Assembly (NCBI RefSeq): GCF_001194135.2
Contig: NC_068994.1
Location: 22,377,690 to 22,441,689, forward strand
Direction: 5' to 3'
DNA from: Octopus bimaculoides
Lineage: Eukaryota
DNA length: 64,000 nt
The number at the start of each line of letters is the position of its first letter. Within the stretch, counting starts at the first letter, position 1. Shown piece by piece: positions 59,581-64,000 of the stretch. The position numbers were made by a program, and so were the translations under genes. The notes beneath the pieces were generated by a model. It saw only the letters and a list, made by a program, of their open reading frames with translations. It did not search any database and was not told the origin of the DNA.

Positions 59581-61497
59581 TTCCATTTTGATTGTGATTT
59601 TGATTTTGATTTTTGATTTTACTCAACTCAAAAGGTCTCAAGCATGGCGTGTCGCCCAACAATTCAGAGGTACTTTTTAAATGGGCTGGTTATGCGACAC
59701 TGGTATAGGCTACAGCTGTGATCTCACTTTACATGCCAGATCTTCCCAATCACAGCATATCTCCAGAGGTCTCGGTCTCTTGTTATTGCCTCTGTGAGGC
59801 CCAACGTTCAAAGGTCATGCTTCAGCACCTCATCCCATGTCTTCCTGGGTCTCCCTCTTCCACAGGTTCCTTCCACTGTTAGGCAGTGACACTTCTTCAC
59901 ACAGCTCTCCTCATCTATACACAGCACATGACCATACCAACGCAGTCGTCTCTCTTGCATACCATGTCTAATGCTTATATCCAACATTTCTCTAAGGACA
60001 CTTACACTCTGTTGTGTGTGTACACTGACATTACACATCCAGTGGATCGTACTAGCTTCGTTTCTTTCAAGCCTACGCATGTCTTTAGTAGTCATGGCCC
60101 ATGTTTCACTGCCGTATAACATGCACACAGGCATCATACAGTCTAACTTTCACTCTGAGCGAGAGGCCCTTTGTAACCAGTAGAGGTAGGAGCTTTCTAA
60201 ACTTTGCTCAGGCTATTCTAGTTTCTCCCCCGGGCATGTGATGGAATCTGTTTTCTGAGCATCTTCGGTGCTTATTGCCCCTGTGCATCAGCTACACACA
60301 AAAGCTATCATCCCGCTTAACCTTTCTTTGATGTTGCTGCACCTCTTATGCATCCATAGCTTACACTGGGTACATCTTATAGAGTCTCTACCTTTGCCTT
60401 TTCTACAGATCGAGCAGGACCTTCTACCTGAAGGGGTTTGTGATTTGTTCACCTCCCTACTTACAGGACTTTGATTTTTTCAACATTGACTCTAAGGCCC
60501 TTCAATTCTAAACCTTGCTTCCACACCTGAAATTTCTTCTCTAGTTCTGGTAGTGATTCCACTATGAGAGCAAGGTCATCAGCATAGAGGAGCTCCCAGG
60601 AGCAGCCTGTCTTAAATTCCTCTGTTATTGCCTGGAAGACTATGATGAATATAAGAGAACTGAGGGCTGATCCTTGGTGAACCCCTACTTCTACTCGGAA
60701 TTCTTTACTATACTCATTGCTGCCCATTACCTTACTGACAGCATCCCTGTACAGCTCTTATTAACCAATCATCTATTCCTAGTTTCCGCATCGCCCACCA
60801 GATAAGGGATCAGGGGACACTGTCAAAGGCTTTCTCCAAGTCAACAAAAGCCAAGTATAGGGGTTTGTCTTTGGCTAGGTATTACTCCTGCAGTTGCCTT
60901 ACCAGGAATATAGCATCGGTGGTGCTTCTAGCTGGTACAAAACTGAACTGCATCTCATCTAAGCAGACTCTTTCCCTAATTAGTTGGACTATGACCCTTT
61001 CCATGACCCTCATCACCTGATCCAGCAGTTTGATACCCTTGTAGTTATTTCTATCTAAAGCATCACCTTTACCTTTGTAGCAGTTGACTATGGTGCTGCT
61101 AAGCCAGTCATTGAGTATGACTCCTTCGTGAACTACCTGGTTTACAATACGGGTGACTAGACCATAACCCACACCACCAGATATTTTAAGCATCTCATCA
61201 GTGATTCCTGATGGGCCGGGGGCTTTTCCTGACTTCATATCCTTAATTGCTTTATCTACCAGGGAGCTATCGATTCGGGTAACTGGTCCCTCAACTGGGT
61301 CAACATTTGGCAGGCTCTCCACCTCCCATTCATTCTCCTCATTCAGCAGCCTTTCATAATGGCTTCTCCAAGCCTCTTTCTTAGCAGAATCATTAAAAGC
61401 AAGTGCACCATCATCCATGCAGACACATTTCTCTCCTGTAACATCACAATTTTCTCTCACACAATGTCTTGCAATCTGAAATACTTCAGTTCTTTGG
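59581..61497 (-). mobile_element. 5'-truncated RTE LINE (~1.9 kb) with (AAAATC)n-like tail
   Basis: NCYKGKGDALDRNNYKGIKLL, QFSFVPARSTTDAIF, VGVHQGSALS, ELLYADDL, LYGSETW, WYGHV, GRPRKTW; stops and an internal deletion; 3' UTR and repeat tail at 59581-59780. Confidence 0.95.
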
Positions 61498-63921
61498 TCC
61501 AAATATAAATATCAAATATCATGAAATATAAAAATATTTGGATTTCAATGTTTTTGAGATTGCATGATAACTGTTTTAGAATTGTAATGAAGAATGAGAA
61601 TAAAATATGAAAAGTGAAGACAGGTGATTCTTAACAGGTGAAGAATGTTTTTAGTTTTCTCAGTTAGTAGTGAAGGGCAGTATGAAAGATACACTGAGAA
61701 GAGATTGCATATCTGAAGCATTGGATGAGGGAGATCAACAACTATAGTTTGGATATGAGACGAAAAGAAATATGTTAGGGAGAAAAAAAGATGATTGATG
61801 TTAGCTGGAGAAATAAATTGGCAGGTTGAAAACTGAAGAAAATAAAACTTAGAAACAACTAGAAAGATGCTCTGAAGCAAACTGAACCTGTTCAGGCTAA
61901 CCTAGCATTGAAAAATTGATTTGATGAGGATAATTTAATCTAATGACGGATTTTCTGATGGTCAGTTCATATCTTCCCAAAGGCATGCATGTTTGCATGT
62001 TTCCAGGATTAAGTTCATATCTTCCCAGGGAATACATGTTTCCAGGGTTAAAAGTCTTATTGGACCATTAGCTTTATCCTTTAGTATCCACATTATTCTC
62101 TCAAAAGTAATGCTTATTTATTCATATTGTTTTGAAATAATCATGCATTATCTTGTAGCTTCAAAATTTTGAAGATGTGATTGTTATTTTTAAAATGACA
62201 TTATAGGGTAGGTGTGAGAGATTGGATCTGGCTGGTTTGAACATAAAACATGTTAAATATTTGGGCCAGATATGGCCAATTTATATTAACTTAACGCCAT
62301 AAATTATAGAAAAGAAATGCAGAATTCTTAGGAATTGTTGCTAATGGAGCCACAAGTTATTTATGGAATGCAATAAAACACCTTCCACACGCATATCCAT
62401 CTGGCGTCACTTCCAGTCGAATAGAAATGATGAAGGCAACAGTAATATACATGGTGACCTGGACATTGTAATAACCCTCTACTTCTCAGGTAATTGATCT
62501 ACAGATGGGTGATGTTCTCACAACAGTAGATATTGAAAAACACATAAAGAATAATAGGTGCAGACATGGTTGCATTATTAAGAAGTTTGCTACTCAACCA
62601 AATAGTTTAGGGCTCAGTCCCACTGAATGAAACCTTGGGGAAGAGGCTTCTTGAAACCCCCGGCTGACCATAGCCTTGTGAGTGGATTGAGTAGGTGGAA
62701 ACTGAAAAAAGCCTATCATATATACGAGCATGAGCCTATGAATTTATGTGTGTTCCTACATGTGCATTTACATTTCTGTGTTTTCAAAAATTGCAAGCTA
62801 CAAGCAGTGTTATTGCTGCCATTTCTCTTGTCAACAAATTTTCCATTGGCTTTGTGCCTTTGAGATGTGTGACATAATGAAATGGGTTTCTTCCAGTTTC
62901 TGGTTACCAAATCTACTCACAAGGTTTAGGCCTGGGGCTATATCAGTCTCTTGCCCAAAACGTCATGCAGTAGGATTGAAACTAAACCTGAAATTACTTG
63001 GTTGTGAAGCAAACTTCTTAACCACACAGCTCTGTCTGTGCTTACACACACACACATACACAATCTCTGGTCATTTTTCATTTATTTAGTTTCAATTTGA
63101 AATATGGAGTAACAATGAAAAGTCGAAATCAACACGTACACGAGAGATTTTTTTCCAGAGTGCATATTTTACATGAATATAGTAATTAAAAAAAAATGTA
63201 AGATCCTCCAGTAAACCTTTTCACTTTCCTAAATGAATGAAATGACAGAAACACCTCATGCTGGTGCAATATAATTTATATGAATGATATGTTGATAGTT
63301 AAGGAAGACAAATCCTCCCGGAAGGGAAACAATTCATCCCCATTTGCCAGGGTTAGGAAAAGAGGGTAGCGGAATTAGCAATGTAGATAGACAGGTTTGC
63401 TTTTTATATAATATAAAAGCTGTTGTTTCCTCTGTATCTGAAAGTGATGTTGTTTATTATTTAACACCGGTGGAAAATGACAATCGGTGAATACATCATG
63501 GCTTCAAAATTACTGGCACCACCTCCACTAATAAGAAAACACTGAGGAAGGAAATGCAGATTTGGGAATTAATGAGCCCCAGCTCCCTTCTTGATTGAAA
63601 GGAAAAGCTAGAGAGACAGTTCTTGAAATAGATATTGCTACCTGAAATGCTGACAATGGAATGTCACAACTCTAACAAAAATTAGACAAACTTTTGGAAG
63701 ATTCGAATTAATTAACATTTATCACGTATAAATTGCTTGAAAAATAGCAATGACAAAAAGACACAACAATGACGATCGCATCCAGTGTGATCATCTTGTT
63801 GCAGGACTTAGAGATTACAAAATAATATTACTGGAACCTATATTTGCATTTAGGGTGAATCTGATGCCAGAAATAAGCAAATAGCAAAAGCTACGGTTGG
63901 TGAACTAACTCTGTGCTAGGT

Positions 63922-63968
63922 CAAAGCAGCTAGTGAAAGTTCTGTGTAAACTTTTACTAGCTGCTTTG
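63922..63968. ncRNA. Pre-miRNA-like hairpin (candidate only)
   Basis: 20-bp stem (19 Watson-Crick pairs plus one G:U on the plus strand) with a 7-nt loop CUGUGUA. Confidence 0.25.
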
Positions 63969-64000
63969 TCAGAAACCTAACTCCACCAACTGTAATGAAA

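Noticed and set aside
1-64000. CRISPR arrays, rRNA genes, prokaryotic or viral systems
   Set aside because: No regularly spaced repeat-spacer array, no rRNA-like sequence and no operon-like gene density; all features are eukaryotic.

Overview
AT-rich, repeat-dense animal genomic DNA with six assembly gaps. The SINE, RTE-LINE and microsatellite content, plus a C2H2 zinc-finger gene, suggest a coleoid cephalopod, probably Octopus (inference, not a database result). Three host genes are well supported. (1) A complete 9-exon EBNA1BP2/EBP2 gene for pre-rRNA processing on the minus strand (CDS 31446->11151, 924 nt, 307 aa), assembled by hand because the ORF track misses it. (2) DCP1, the mRNA-decapping activator, on the minus strand with its whole CDS in one exon (46819->44978). 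(3) A single-coding-exon C2H2 zinc-finger gene on the plus strand (57927-58958). The rest is mostly transposon debris: Ty3/Gypsy pol, Penelope, several RTE and other LINEs, an RLE-type LINE, a Helitron, a mariner, MITEs and at least three SINE families. The most unusual items are a TSD-flanked ~1.95 kb non-LTR element that encodes only ORF1 and sits inside a SINE head, a ~1 kb GG...CC foldback transposon with convergent telomere-like repeats just upstream of EBP2, a SINE-containing foldback, inverted SINEs bracketing EBP2 exons 3-6, and a pre-miRNA-like hairpin. Repeat boundaries are approximate unless a TSD or splice site is quoted.
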